Numbered from the stretch's first letter, positions 1-10,747 are shown. The stretch is DNA of 64,000 bases from Bacteroidales bacterium (GCA_035541795.1 DATKMR010000001.1:584396-648395), one strand, 5' to 3'. A program made the numbers and translations. The notes: generated by a model not told the origin, from the letters alone.

Positions 1-1766
1 CTGAAATAGAACATCCTGTTTCCATTCACGGCACCAAACTGTCCGTTAACCTTCCACATGAAGTTCTCCCTGCTGAAGGCGTACTGAAAGGTGGGGTAAA
101 TACCAAGCCTGAACTTTTTGTCAAATGTCTTGTTCAGCCTGAAATCCATGCCATATACAAAACCATCCACGGTATTGAAGCTGAAATTCCTGAGATTCAG
201 CAAACCGCTTGTTGAAAAACGTAATCCTGTAGTATCAGACCATGTATGCCCCAGCGCTATGCCGCTCAACACACTTCCGCCTTTTTTCTGTTTTGCTACC
301 GGCATTCCGAGGGTATCTTTCTTAACTTCGGTGAGATTCAGCTTCCCCTTAAGGCTGTCGGCCGACCTGATACTCTTTATTTCATCTGCCGATAAAGGGA
401 TCGGGCGGATGCCTGCCCAGTAGGAACTGTCCTTCCTGCCTGCATCCTTTTCTATTACATAGGTCGTTTTTTCCTTGACCTCAAGGTTATTTTTCACACT
501 GTCGGGCAGCACCTCTTTTGCCTGCTTGTCGAAAAGTGATGAGAGCTTTACCATGTCATGGTTCGACAGCTCTTTCTTTGAAAGAATGTTCTCGATCTGC
601 CTGGTTGTTTTAGTCTTGGTGGTGTCTTTGGAAGTGATAACTGTTGATGTCCCGGAGCTGAATTCACCAAGACCCTCGGGCTTCTTCAGCTTCTTATTCA
701 GGTTTACCTCCCTGTACTTTATCGAGCTTCCGTAGCCTGCATCACCCTTGATGCCCAGGATCGAGATGTTCACATCGAATTTGTCGCTGACAGGCAGCCA
801 TACATTCTCCTCGACTGGGATAAAAAGCTGCTGGATCCTGATATTGCCGGCAATATTGTCGTTCTGAAGATCAACACTGTAAAGGCACCATAATTCTTCA
901 ATGATATAGATAGTTCCTTCAAAAAGTTGCTGGCTCTTTCTTTTTGGTTTTACCTCAATCTTGTCGACATAATATTGCCCCTGCGCCGAGACACCGGCAT
1001 AATGGAACTTGTAGTGGAAAAACGCTTCGGGAGAAAGGGGGGAGATAAACATCCCGTTAAGGACAGGTTCATAGAAGCTTGCCCTGATGAAATCCATAGG
1101 GGATATTTCATTGCCCTCTTCCGGAAAGGTGCTCTGCGAAGAGATTACATGCTGGTTGTACTTGTCCGGGGCTCTGAATTCGATCTCATTGAATGACTCC
1201 ATCAGGTATGTATCCCCTTCTTTCATAACGATGTTTGTGCTGTTCCCTGAACTGTTCCTGGCTTCCACCTTCATCTGTCGCTGTATAATCTTCGGAATTC
1301 TTCTCAGGAGAAGATTGCCTTTCAGGTACACATCGGCCTTGTAGGATTCAACCTGGTTCATGTAATAGGGAGCCAGCCCGATAACTTTTCTCATGATGCC
1401 GTAGGCCGGATCCTCGCCAGAAGCCGTTATCCTTACTTCCGGTATCTCGTAGGTCTGGACCTGGAGGACAATATCGATCCGGATAACGTTCTTCGCAACG
1501 GTTATGTTCCTTATATCAGGTTCATAACCCAGGCTCTGATAGATAACCGTGTATTTTCCATCCGGGAGCCTTATCTCGTAATCACCCCTTGTATTGGCTG
1601 TCGTTCCCTGGCTTAGTTCCCTGATATATACGGTTGCATAAGGAATTGGTGCACCCTGGGTATCTTTAATCGTCCCCTTCAGGTTTTGTGAAAAGAGGTT
1701 TGATGAGAGGACTATTGCCAGCGCAACGGAAAATATTATCCTGGTGTGAAGGAATTCTCTCTTCAT
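1..1766 (-). CDS. DUF5686 / carboxypeptidase-regulatory-like domain outer-membrane protein (partial, 3' end outside window)
   Basis: Not in ORF track. Manual translation from ATG at 1766: MKREFLHTRIIFSVALAIVLSSNLFSQNLKGTIKDTQGAPIPYATVYI...GTTANTRGDY, i.e. signal peptide plus CarboxypepD_reg-like start. ATGA overlap with the rsmI stop. Confidence 0.75.
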   Translation of the reverse strand, partial: MKREFLHTRIIFSVALAIVLSSNLFSQNLKGTIKDTQGAPIPYATVYIRELSQGTTANTRGDYEIRLPDGKYTVIYQSLGYEPDIRNITVAKNVIRIDIVLQVQTYEIPEVRITASGEDPAYGIMRKVIGLAPYYMNQVESYKADVYLKGNLLLRRIPKIIQRQMKVEARNSSGNSTNIVMKEGDTYLMESFNEIEFRAPDKYNQHVISSQSTFPEEGNEISPMDFIRASFYEPVLNGMFISPLSPEAFFHYKFHYAGVSAQGQYYVDKIEVKPKRKSQQLFEGTIYIIEELWCLYSVDLQNDNIAGNIRIQQLFIPVEENVWLPVSDKFDVNISILGIKGDAGYGSSIKYREVNLNKKLKKPEGLGEFSSGTSTVITSKDTTKTKTTRQIENILSKKELSNHDMVKLSSLFDKQAKEVLPDSVKNNLEVKEKTTYVIEKDAGRKDSSYWAGIRPIPLSADEIKSIRSADSLKGKLNLTEVKKDTLGMPVAKQKKGGSVLSGIALGHTWSDTTGLRFSTSGLLNLRNFSFNTVDGFVYGMDFRLNKTFDKKFRLGIYPTFQYAFSRENFMWKVNGQFGAVNGNRMFYF

Positions 1767-2437
1767 CTGGTTTTGCCGGCTACGATGATAACTATTTCGC
1801 CTTTCGGCGGGTTCCCGCGATAATGGGCCGACAGTATTTCAAGCGAACCCCTCCTGTTTTCTTCATGCAGCTTGCTGATCTCACGTGAAACGCAGGCTTT
1901 CCTTTCGGGTCCGAATACCATGGACATCTCGTCGAGAGCTTTAACCAGCCTGAAAGGCGATTCGTAAAAAATCATGGTTCTTTGCTCTTCACTAAGCACC
2001 TCGAGTTTCTTCTGCCTTCCTTTTTTCTGTGGAAGGAAGCCCTCGAAGCAGAACCTGTCGCAGGGCAGGCCCGAATTTACAAGAGCGGGAACAAATGCCG
2101 TTGCCCCCGGGAGGGTCTCCACCTCAATATCCTTTTCGAGGCAGGTCCTTACAAGCAGGAAACCAGGATCAGATATTCCCGGCGTTCCTGCGTCAGAAAC
2201 AAGTGCCACATTCAATCCGGCTGCAATCCTCCGGCTGACGGCTTCAACACTCTTGTGCTCGTTGAACATATGATGCGACTGAAGCGGAGTATGAATGTCG
2301 TAATGGCTGAGCAGCTTGGATGCCTGCCTGGTATCTTCGGCAAGTACCAGGTCAGCTTCCTTCAGAACTTCAAGGGCTCTGAGAGTGATATCTTTGAAGT
2401 TTCCGACGGGTGTCGGGACAAGAATAAGCTTAGCCAT
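1763..2437 (-). CDS. rsmI: 16S rRNA (cytidine1402-2'-O)-methyltransferase
   Basis: PTPVGN, AEDTR, VSDAGTPGISDPG, FEGFLP, YESPFR, REISKLHEE motifs; start placed at MAKLIL. Confidence 0.95.
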   Translation of the reverse strand: MAKLILVPTPVGNFKDITLRALEVLKEADLVLAEDTRQASKLLSHYDIHTPLQSHHMFNEHKSVEAVSRRIAAGLNVALVSDAGTPGISDPGFLLVRTCLEKDIEVETLPGATAFVPALVNSGLPCDRFCFEGFLPQKKGRQKKLEVLSEEQRTMIFYESPFRLVKALDEMSMVFGPERKACVSREISKLHEENRRGSLEILSAHYRGNPPKGEIVIIVAGKTR

Positions 2438-3020
2438 TTTCAGGAAATTTTCTTTTAACAATTTCGAGCAGGTGAGAAATGGCTTCGGTTTCCCTTGAGT
2501 CCCCGGTATAACTCATTATAATTGCTTTTGCATCCTGTAGACTTTCTGCCTTGTTAAGCTTGCTGACAGCCTCCTCGTAAGCCGCCGCATCTCCCCTGAA
2601 AATTTCCCTGATAAAAAGAAATCTTTCATTCATCCTGATGGCTGTCGATATGTCCGGAAGAGGGATGGATTTTATAACCGTGGAGATATCATTTGCCTTT
2701 CTTAAAGATCCATGTGCTTCGCTGTCATCATCCTTTACTTCGTCAGCTTCAGGGGGCTTGCCTGCGGCCAGCGAGAAATCGCCTACATTGACAGGTTCCG
2801 GCGCAGGTTCGTGTATTCTTTCTTCCACGACCTCCGGCTTAGCTTCCCCCTTGTCGACCGGCCTTAGCTTTTCTATAATCTCACAGGCATACCGGCACTT
2901 CGATTTTACAATCTCCACCTGAAGGGCAGGAACACCGGGATAGTTGCTGAAATCGTCGACAATATCGCCTATCTCCTTCAGGTCTTTTATAATTATGTCG
3001 ATGTTCGAGCTGAAATCCAT
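2430..3020 (-). CDS. Hypothetical protein (helical ends, acidic/Pro-rich linker)
   Basis: Long ORF overlapping the rsmI start; C-terminal AIRMNERFLFIREIFRGD block; function unknown. Confidence 0.7.
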   Translation of the reverse strand: MDFSSNIDIIIKDLKEIGDIVDDFSNYPGVPALQVEIVKSKCRYACEIIEKLRPVDKGEAKPEVVEERIHEPAPEPVNVGDFSLAAGKPPEADEVKDDDSEAHGSLRKANDISTVIKSIPLPDISTAIRMNERFLFIREIFRGDAAAYEEAVSKLNKAESLQDAKAIIMSYTGDSRETEAISHLLEIVKRKFPENG

Positions 3021-3136
3021 ACCATTATTATTAATAAAACAAACCATTTTCTTTATTTTGTAAAAGTAACGAATATTCTGAAAGCGTTCGCGCCGGATGA
3101 GTTACAATTTGATTAATCTCACAGATACACAGCTGG

Positions 3137-3718
3137 ATGGAATTTATTGAAAGTCCGGAAGGAAGCAGGCAGGGCAGGGGTTCTGTTGAACTTATTACCG
3201 GTTCGATGTTTTCGGGTAAAACGGAAGAGCTGATAAGACGGCTGAGGAGAGCCCAGTTCGCCGGCCTTAAGGTTGAGATTTTCAAGCCATCCATCGATAA
3301 CAGGTATTCCGAAACAAAGGTTGTCTCTCACGATGAAAAGTCGATCAGCTCGACCCCGGTCGAAAATGCAGCATCGATTCTCCTCCTTGCCTCGGGTTGT
3401 GATGTGATTGGAATTGACGAGGCCCAGTTTTTTGACAATTCAATAATTGAAGTCTGTAACAAGCTGGCTGATAGTGGCGTCAGGATTGTAGTGGCAGGGC
3501 TGGATATGGATTATACTGGAAAGCCTTTCGGACCGATGCCGGCATTGCTGTCAATTGCCGAGTTTGTAACAAAAGTCCACGCTATCTGTACCAGGTGCGG
3601 AAATCTTGCTCAGTACTCATACAGGAAATCATCTGAAGAACAACAGGTTCTGCTGGGTGAAATGGACAAGTACGAACCCTTGTGCAGGAACTGCTATAAT
3701 TTAGCCCACGGGAAGTAA
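3137..3718 (+). CDS. tdk: Thymidine kinase
   Basis: GSMFSGKT Walker A, IDEAQF, AGLDMD, Zn-binding CTRC and CRNC. Confidence 0.96.
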   Translation: MEFIESPEGSRQGRGSVELITGSMFSGKTEELIRRLRRAQFAGLKVEIFKPSIDNRYSETKVVSHDEKSISSTPVENAASILLLASGCDVIGIDEAQFFDNSIIEVCNKLADSGVRIVVAGLDMDYTGKPFGPMPALLSIAEFVTKVHAICTRCGNLAQYSYRKSSEEQQVLLGEMDKYEPLCRNCYNLAHGK

Positions 3719-3730
3719 TACCGAAATTAA

Positions 3731-6187
3731 ATGATCGCTTCCGACATTGCAAAGATTACCGGCGGCAGGCTTTATGGCTCGCCAGGTCTGCCGGTTACCG
3801 GCCTGCTGACCGACAGCCGGCAGGTAACCTATACAGGTGGTCTGGCCTTTGTTGCGATCCGCGGAAGAAATCACGACGGCCATAAATTCATCCCCCGGCT
3901 TTACGGGAGGGGAATAAAAATATTCATTGCCGAGAACCTCCCTGAACAAATGACCGGCTTCACGGAAACAGCTTTTATATTGGTAAAATCGTCGGTTAAA
4001 GCACTCCAGGATATAGCGTCGTACCGGAGGCACCAGTTCAGAGGAATGGTAATTGCAGTTACCGGGAGTGCCGGGAAAACTGTTGTCAAGGAATGGCTTG
4101 CCGACATTATGGGATCGTTTACTTCCGTCATAAGAAGCCCGAAAAGCTTCAATTCTCAGGTCGGCGTTCCTCTTTCAGTTTGGAAACTGGATGAACAATA
4201 TAATACCGGAATCTTCGAGGCAGGCATTTCACAGCCAGGAGAAATGAAGAGACTGAGGGATATCATCGACCCGGATATCGGTGTGATAACCAATATCGGC
4301 GATGCTCATGGTGAGAATTTCAGCAGCCCGGAAGAAAAAGCATCAGAAAAGCTTGTGCTCTTCGAAAAGTGCAGGAAGATAATCTATTGCATGGATTACC
4401 CTGTTCTTGATAAGCTCATCAGAAAAGAAAAAAAATTCAGCGGAAAGGAAATTGTCAGCTGGTCCTTCCAAAACAAGAATGCCGTTTTCAAAGTTTCAAG
4501 GTCGGAAATCCCGGGAGGTAAAACTGCACTTAAAATTACCTCAGCAACCGCTGAGTATGATCTTTCCGTTCCCTTTACCGACAGGGCATCTGTAGAAAAT
4601 GCATGCACTGTTGCGGTGACGTGCCTGGCTGTTTTGGTGCCCGATGCAGTGATCAGAACTGGTTTGGCAACACTGACAGCCGTTGCGATGAGGATGGAGA
4701 TCAAGAGCGGTATTAACGGGTGTTCCCTGATAGAAGATTACTACAATTCAGATCCTGGCTCGCTTGGAATGGCAATTGAATACCTTGTCTCGAAGAGCGG
4801 CAGCAGGAAAGCTCTGATCCTGTCTGATTTTATCCAGAGCGGCAGGGATGAAAGTGAACTGTACGGTGAGGTTGCACGACTTGTCAGCAATGCAGGCATT
4901 GAAAAATTTATCGGCATAGGCGAAGTCATAATGAGAAACGGCAGGCTCTTTCCAGCTGGCAGCAGATTTTACAGGACAACCGGTGATTTTATACTGCATT
5001 TCCCGTTCAGGGAGTTCAGCAATGAAACAATTCTCCTCAAAGGGGCCAGGATTTTCGAGTTTGAAAAAATCGGCATGCTCCTCGAAAAGCAGGTTCACCA
5101 GACACTGCTTGAGATAAACCTCGATAATATTTCGCATAATCTCAATACTTTCAGGCAACACCTTAATAAAGGTACCCGTATCATGGCGATGATAAAAGCC
5201 TTTGCTTATGGTGCCGGACCGACAGAGATTGCCTTGCTGCTGGAATACCATGGTATAGACTATCTTGCTGTGGCATTTGCAGATGAGGGAGTTAGCCTTC
5301 GCGAAGCCGGTGTCTCCCTTCCCGTGGTTGTGATGAACCCTGAAGAGTCAGCCTTCGGACTGATGATCAAATACAACCTTGAGCCTGAACTCTACAGCCT
5401 TTCGTTGCTTGGAAAGTTCGGGGAGGCGGCTTCAAGGCACGGGGCGTTCCAGTTTCCCGTTCATATAAAGATCGATTCAGGGATGCACCGGCTGGGATTT
5501 ATGCCTGAAGAGACGGATATGCTGATTAGTGAAATCAGGAAAAGCAGCTCGATAAAGGTTGCATCGGTGTTTTCGCATCTTGCTGCCAGCGAGGATCCTG
5601 CGCTTGACAGTTTTACAAGGAAGCAGGCAACATTATTCGAATCTGTTTCCGGCAGGATCAGGGATTCAATAGGATACAGCTTCCTCAGGCACATTCTGAA
5701 TTCTGCAGGTATTGTAAGATTCCCGGAATTCCAGTTTGAAATGGTACGGCCCGGTATCGGCATCTATGGTGTTAACGGACCTGACGGGCTCGATCTTAAG
5801 CCGGCAGGCAGGTATGTCACGCGAATATCACAGCTTAAACTGATTCCCCCCGGGGAACCTGTCGGATACGGATGCACGGATGTTTCGGGTTTGGAAAGGC
5901 TCATTGCAATTCTCCCGGTCGGGTACGCAGATGGCCTCGACAGAAAACTTGGCAGGCAAAGGGGAAGTTTCTTTATAGCAGGCAGGCGGGTGCCTATAAT
6001 AGGCAATATCTGCATGGATATGTGTATGGCCGATGTAACAGGACTTGAGGTGAGCGAAGGCGATGAGGCTGAAATATTTGGCAGGCATATTAAAGTTGAA
6101 GAGGTAGCCGCGTGGTGCGATACCATACCTTATGAAGTTCTCACATCCATACCTTCACGGGTAAAAAGAGTCTTTTACAGGGAGTAA
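3731..6187 (+). CDS. alr: Bifunctional MurF ligase / alanine racemase
   Basis: N-terminal VTGSAGKT, SPKSFN, DYYNSDP, LLKGAR; C-terminal MIKAFAYG (PLP Lys), DSGMHRLG, VRPGIG, GYADG, CMD, TIPYE. Confidence 0.93.
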   Translation: MIASDIAKITGGRLYGSPGLPVTGLLTDSRQVTYTGGLAFVAIRGRNHDGHKFIPRLYGRGIKIFIAENLPEQMTGFTETAFILVKSSVKALQDIASYRRHQFRGMVIAVTGSAGKTVVKEWLADIMGSFTSVIRSPKSFNSQVGVPLSVWKLDEQYNTGIFEAGISQPGEMKRLRDIIDPDIGVITNIGDAHGENFSSPEEKASEKLVLFEKCRKIIYCMDYPVLDKLIRKEKKFSGKEIVSWSFQNKNAVFKVSRSEIPGGKTALKITSATAEYDLSVPFTDRASVENACTVAVTCLAVLVPDAVIRTGLATLTAVAMRMEIKSGINGCSLIEDYYNSDPGSLGMAIEYLVSKSGSRKALILSDFIQSGRDESELYGEVARLVSNAGIEKFIGIGEVIMRNGRLFPAGSRFYRTTGDFILHFPFREFSNETILLKGARIFEFEKIGMLLEKQVHQTLLEINLDNISHNLNTFRQHLNKGTRIMAMIKAFAYGAGPTEIALLLEYHGIDYLAVAFADEGVSLREAGVSLPVVVMNPEESAFGLMIKYNLEPELYSLSLLGKFGEAASRHGAFQFPVHIKIDSGMHRLGFMPEETDMLISEIRKSSSIKVASVFSHLAASEDPALDSFTRKQATLFESVSGRIRDSIGYSFLRHILNSAGIVRFPEFQFEMVRPGIGIYGVNGPDGLDLKPAGRYVTRISQLKLIPPGEPVGYGCTDVSGLERLIAILPVGYADGLDRKLGRQRGSFFIAGRRVPIIGNICMDMCMADVTGLEVSEGDEAEIFGRHIKVEEVAAWCDTIPYEVLTSIPSRVKRVFYRE

Positions 6188-6189
6188 TA

Positions 6190-6891
6190 TTAACCGAGGT
6201 CGCTGATCCGCTCGAGTTTCGGGTTGTCGAGTATCATTATTTTCCTTCCCTCTATTGAAATAATTTCTTCAGTTGCAAGGTTTGAAAGAGTGCGTATGGC
6301 ATTCGAGGTAGTCATATTCGAGAGATTCGCAATATCTTCCCTCGACAGGTATGCATTTAATGTCAATCCGTCAGTTTCAAAGCCGTAAGTATCCCTGAGA
6401 ACAATGAGCGACTCTGCAAGCCTGCCCCTGATGTGCTTCTGTGTAAGCGATACTGTCCTGTTATTCGAAAAAGCCAGCTCCTCCGAAATCAGCTTCATAA
6501 ACTTAAGAGCCAGGTCGGGATTTCTCTTTAGCATTTTAACAACACAGTCCTTTTCAAGGATACATATCGAAGAATCCTCTATCGCGACGGCAGAGGCATA
6601 ATATGTATTATCTGAAAACAGTGCCCTGTAGCTCAGAAAACCAAGGGGCCTTATCATTTTCAAAATCTGTTCCCTTCCCCCGACACCTTCCTTGAAAATC
6701 TTCACTTTTCCCGAAGCCAGGCATATCAGACCATGCGGTTTTTCTCCTTCCTTAACCAGCACCTCTCCTTTCCTGTAGCTGGCATAAGTGTGATGTTGAA
6801 CCAGGATCTCTTTTTCTTTCTGTGCAAGGGATTTAAAAACTGAGTGATGACCTTCCAGACAGTACTCTATTTGCTGATTCCTGTATTGCAT
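6190..6891 (-). CDS. Crp/Fnr family transcriptional regulator
   Basis: cNMP-binding domain (GKVKIFK...REQI) and C-terminal HTH (LSREDIANLSNMTTSNAIRTLS). Confidence 0.9.
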   Translation of the reverse strand: MQYRNQQIEYCLEGHHSVFKSLAQKEKEILVQHHTYASYRKGEVLVKEGEKPHGLICLASGKVKIFKEGVGGREQILKMIRPLGFLSYRALFSDNTYYASAVAIEDSSICILEKDCVVKMLKRNPDLALKFMKLISEELAFSNNRTVSLTQKHIRGRLAESLIVLRDTYGFETDGLTLNAYLSREDIANLSNMTTSNAIRTLSNLATEEIISIEGRKIMILDNPKLERISDLG

Positions 6892-6913
6892 CTGCGCTGC
6901 TTGTATGAGATAT

Positions 6914-6921
6914 CAAAGGTA
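6914..6921 (-). promoter_or_regulatory. Bacteroidota primary-sigma -7 box (TACCTTTG) for the Crp/Fnr gene
   Basis: Matches TAnnTTTG about 22 nt upstream of the ATG. Confidence 0.5.
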
Positions 6922-7003
6922 ACAAGGATTTAATTTAAAAAAATGAATTAACATTTTTTAACATACTAAAACACAGGCACTTGTAAGTGTCGGTAATGTG
7001 TTT

Positions 7004-8659
7004 TTACCAGTATTTTGCAACCAGGGGCATTCTCCTTCCTGCGCCGAAAGCTTTTGACGAAATCCGGAGTATGGGCGGGGCCTGGTATCTCTTGTATTCA
7101 TTCGAGTTTATCATCCTTATCACCCTTTCGACCATGGTACGGTCAAATCCTGATCTGATAATCTCCGAAAAGGGTTTTTGCATTTCTATGTAAAGGTGCA
7201 GAATCTTGTCGAGCGTGCCGTACTCGGGAAGTGAATCAGTATCAAACTGGCCGGGCCTCAGTTCGGCTGAAGGTGCTTTGTCAATAATGTTTCGCGGTAT
7301 GATCTCTTCTTCCAGGTTTATATATTCGGCAAGCCTGTAAACATCAGTCTTGTACACATCGCCGATAACGGAAAGTCCGCCGGCCATATCACCATAAAGG
7401 GTACCGTAACCAACAGCGGCCTCACTTTTATTCGATGTATTAAGCAGGATATGGCCGAATTTATTGGAATATGCCATCAGCAAAATAGCCCTGACCCTTG
7501 CCTGTATGTTTTCCTCAGTCACGTCTGATGGCAGACCGCTGAACAGCGGAGAGAGCGATTCCTCAAACGCCGAAAAAGGCTTTTCAATGCTGATAATTTC
7601 ATACTTAACTCCCAGGTTCTCTGCCAGCCTGACTGCATCAGTTACCGAATGATCCGACGAATACCTCGACGGCAGAAGCAATGCTTTCATATTTTCACTG
7701 CCCAGTGCTTTTGCAGCAAGGGAGAGCACAACTGCCGAGTCGATGCCACCCGACAGGCCGACTACAGCCTTGCTGAAATTCATTTTGCCGAAATAATCCC
7801 TGATACCGGTAATTAATGCTTTATAGATGAGTTCAGTATCTGATGGCCTCGGGGGCAGAGCCTGGAGCTGTTTTGAGAAGGCCATGCCGGTATCGAATGT
7901 GACCATGCATTCTTCAAAATAGGGGAGCTGCATCACAACTTCACCTGCATTGTTTACTACCAGCGACCCCCCGTGAAAGATCAGTTCAGTATTTGCGCCG
8001 GTCTGGTTAACGTCTATCACCGGTCTGCCGTATTTCTTAGCCTTGCCTATGAAAATATTGTTTCTCGTTTCAATCCTTGAATATGAAAAAGGCGAGGCAG
8101 AAATATTGATGACAAAATCGGTATTCAGCTTTACAAGCTCTTCAATAGGGGAAACAGAATATAGCCTGGACTTTTCAAATTCATTTTCGAACGGCTGTTC
8201 ATCCCACAGATCCTCGCAAATTGTAATGCCAATCTTCATGGAGCCGAGCGTGAACACATGGAATGATTTCTCAGGTTCAAAGTACCTGTATTCGTCAAAT
8301 ATATCATAGGTGGGCAGGAGGGCTTTTTTCGAAGTGAAAACAATTTTTCCCTCTGATAGAACCAATGCTGCATTGTACAGCTTTTTCCCCTCCTTGTTGG
8401 TGTTCAGAACCGGTACGCCTACTATGGCGCTTATGCCTGTGCACTCTGCTGCAATATTTTCTACGGCCTCTGCGCATTTTTTAACAAAGTCGGAATGATC
8501 GAGAAGGTCAAGAGGCGGATAGCCGGTTACCGAGAGTTCTGAAAAGACCACAAGGTCGGAGCCTTCCTGCCTGGCTTTCTTAACTGCATTACAGATCAGC
8601 TCCGCGTTCCTGGCAAAGTTACCTACATGATAATTGAGCTGTGCTATGCTTATTTTCAT
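7004..8659 (-). CDS. nadE: Glutamine-dependent NAD+ synthetase
   Basis: Nitrilase-fold triad (FSEL, KALLP, ICED) plus synthetase GLSGGIDS, ENIQAR, NKSE, PSAEL. Confidence 0.95.
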   Translation of the reverse strand: MKISIAQLNYHVGNFARNAELICNAVKKARQEGSDLVVFSELSVTGYPPLDLLDHSDFVKKCAEAVENIAAECTGISAIVGVPVLNTNKEGKKLYNAALVLSEGKIVFTSKKALLPTYDIFDEYRYFEPEKSFHVFTLGSMKIGITICEDLWDEQPFENEFEKSRLYSVSPIEELVKLNTDFVINISASPFSYSRIETRNNIFIGKAKKYGRPVIDVNQTGANTELIFHGGSLVVNNAGEVVMQLPYFEECMVTFDTGMAFSKQLQALPPRPSDTELIYKALITGIRDYFGKMNFSKAVVGLSGGIDSAVVLSLAAKALGSENMKALLLPSRYSSDHSVTDAVRLAENLGVKYEIISIEKPFSAFEESLSPLFSGLPSDVTEENIQARVRAILLMAYSNKFGHILLNTSNKSEAAVGYGTLYGDMAGGLSVIGDVYKTDVYRLAEYINLEEEIIPRNIIDKAPSAELRPGQFDTDSLPEYGTLDKILHLYIEMQKPFSEIIRSGFDRTMVERVIRMINSNEYKRYQAPPILRISSKAFGAGRRMPLVAKYW

Positions 8660-8669
8660 AATAACCCGG

Positions 8670-9359
8670 TTAGAAGTTGACTCCCAGCCTGAACCTTATT
8701 ATATTCTGTGCAATATGATCCTTCGGTTGCTTTTCCCGGTCACGGGTAATGTCGATGAAGTTGTTTTCATACCCTATCCCCAGTAATAACGCGGTATTTC
8801 CTCCCAGAGAGTATTCAATGCCCGTGGTGATATGATATGATAATGTGAAGAAATTGACTTCCCTGGTGGCGATCCCCTTTGAAACAGACAGTGACGGAAT
8901 ATCCACCCTGGAGTTAATCATTATTTTAGGATCAAACCCTGCATCGGTGAAAAAAGTAACGTAGCCGATCTGGTTTGATTCAAATTTAAGACCCAGCGGG
9001 ATATCGATGTACTGTAACTTGTAGTTTATCACCTGTCCGGGGTTCACAATACTGGTGTAGTTATTGAAATACATCGTTATGGTATCTGAATGATGAAGGT
9101 TTCCTCCCGATATCATTAGCGACAGCCCGGTGGAGAAAGAGTAGTTCTTTGAAAAATATTTGTTGCAGGCCACACCGAAGTTGAATCCGGCCCTTGATCC
9201 TTCATTGACCGTCATTTTTGTATCGGATGAGAACCATGTAATAAGCGGATCGGCAAATATGCCAAACCTTATATTTTGTGCCCCTTCCTGTGCAAGGAGC
9301 TTCCCTGCCGGTAGGCTTGCTAAAAGTACAGCAATTGCTGCCATTAATCTTTTCATCAT
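8670..9359 (-). CDS. Outer-membrane beta-barrel (porin/PorT-like) protein
   Basis: Signal peptide, amphipathic strands, YIDIPLGLK, C-terminal RLGVNF. Confidence 0.8.
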   Translation of the reverse strand: MMKRLMAAIAVLLASLPAGKLLAQEGAQNIRFGIFADPLITWFSSDTKMTVNEGSRAGFNFGVACNKYFSKNYSFSTGLSLMISGGNLHHSDTITMYFNNYTSIVNPGQVINYKLQYIDIPLGLKFESNQIGYVTFFTDAGFDPKIMINSRVDIPSLSVSKGIATREVNFFTLSYHITTGIEYSLGGNTALLLGIGYENNFIDITRDREKQPKDHIAQNIIRFRLGVNF

Positions 9360-9498
9360 GTACCCTTTGTCAAAGTCAATTTTGTCGCGATGTCTTTTAT
9401 GCCTGTAAAAATAACAAATAATAAGTGAAGTTATTGTACGTTCTGATCTGTTGGCAGTTTGTGTCAGAGTATATAATTTTACATGATTTTAATTCTTT

Positions 9499-10533
9499 AT
9501 GATGAGACGAGCGATATTTTATACCCTTCTGGCACTTTCAATTCTGACAACAGGCGTATCGTGCCGCAGAAACATTTACAAGGCGGACATTAAGAATGTA
9601 AATGTTTCCTTGGAGGTGAAACGGCTTGAAAAGGATCTTTTTACAATTAACCCGGCCCGTCTCAGGGATAGTTTGAGCTACCTGGAGAGCAGGTACGACG
9701 GGTTCCTGAAATTTTTCGGATATGTAATTAATATAGGTGAAGCCGGCGATTCATCGTGGATAGCCGGTTTGACAAGCTTCTGTACCAACAAGGGTAATAA
9801 TGAACTCTACCAGTTCACCCTCGGCATCTTTCCCGACATTAAGTGGATAGAAAAAGATGTCACAGAAGCTTTCAGGCGTTATCATTTCTTCTTCCCATCC
9901 AAAAAAATCCCAGCAGTATATACTTGTATAACAGGGTTCAATAACAGTATTATTGTCGGCGATTCGGCCCTGGGAATCAGTCTCGACAAGTACCTTGGGC
10001 CCGACAACAGTTTTTACCGCCGGCTCGAGGTATATAGATACCAGCTGGCCAAAATGAATCCCGGGAACATACTTCCCGACTGCATTTATGGCTGGGTGTC
10101 TACAGAATGGAGTTTTTCAGGCACCGGTTACCTGCAGAACAATTCACTGGCCGATATGATTCATGAAGGGAAAATCCTCTTCATTGTAAAGCTAATGATG
10201 CCGGGCATACCTGATGACAGGTTATTTGGATTTACACCAGGGCAGGTTAAGTTCTGTCGTGATAACGAGGGACGGATGTGGCAGTACCTTGTGGAGCACA
10301 ATCTTTTATTCTCGTCAGACATGCTGATAAGGAAGAAGCTCACCGGAGAGGCTCCCTTCACAACATATTTCAGTTCAGAGTCGCCAGGCAGGGCCGCTGT
10401 GTGGCTCGGTTTCAGGATTGTGGAATCGTACATGGAAAAGAACAGGGATATTACCCCTGGAATGCTGATGGATGAGAAGGATGTTCAGCTTATTCTTGAA
10501 AAATCGAGGTACAGGCCGTCAGCCGGAAAATAA
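9499..10533 (+). CDS. gldB: GldB-like lipoprotein
   Basis: Lipobox VSC; ISLDKYLG, MIHEGK, NEGRMW, SPGRAAVWLGFRIV motifs. Confidence 0.8.
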   Translation: MMRRAIFYTLLALSILTTGVSCRRNIYKADIKNVNVSLEVKRLEKDLFTINPARLRDSLSYLESRYDGFLKFFGYVINIGEAGDSSWIAGLTSFCTNKGNNELYQFTLGIFPDIKWIEKDVTEAFRRYHFFFPSKKIPAVYTCITGFNNSIIVGDSALGISLDKYLGPDNSFYRRLEVYRYQLAKMNPGNILPDCIYGWVSTEWSFSGTGYLQNNSLADMIHEGKILFIVKLMMPGIPDDRLFGFTPGQVKFCRDNEGRMWQYLVEHNLLFSSDMLIRKKLTGEAPFTTYFSSESPGRAAVWLGFRIVESYMEKNRDITPGMLMDEKDVQLILEKSRYRPSAGK

Positions 10534-10560
10534 AAAAGGGTGCTCTGAAACACCCTTTTA
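10533..10560. terminator. Bidirectional intrinsic terminator
   Basis: aaaagggtg-ctctgaaa-caccctttt between convergent genes. Confidence 0.75.
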
Positions 10561-10579
10561 TTCCTTGTAAAAATTGATA

Positions 10580-10747
10580 CTACTCCGGATGAATTGCCTC
10601 AACCGGGCACACATCTGCGCAAGCTCCGCAATCGGTGCAGATATCCGGATTTATTTTGTAGATGTCACCTTCAGATATCGCTTCTACCGGACACTCGTCG
10701 ATGCATGTTCCGCAAGCAGTACAATCGTCATTAATTTTGTAAGCCAT
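10580..10747 (-). CDS. 2[4Fe-4S] ferredoxin, 55 aa
   Basis: Manual translation MAYKINDDCTACGTCIDECPVEAISEGDIYKINPDICTDCGACADVCPVEAIHPE; two CxxCxxCxxxCP motifs; too short for the ORF track. Confidence 0.95.
   Translation of the reverse strand: MAYKINDDCTACGTCIDECPVEAISEGDIYKINPDICTDCGACADVCPVEAIHPE

Noticed and set aside
118..1344. Short plus-strand ORFs
   Set aside because: Shadows of the long minus-strand CDS running off the window.
3731..6187. MurF-Alr fusion as a novelty
   Set aside because: Common in Bacteroidota.
9499..10533. GldB as evidence of gliding motility
   Set aside because: No other gld/spr genes in the window; one homolog is not sufficient.
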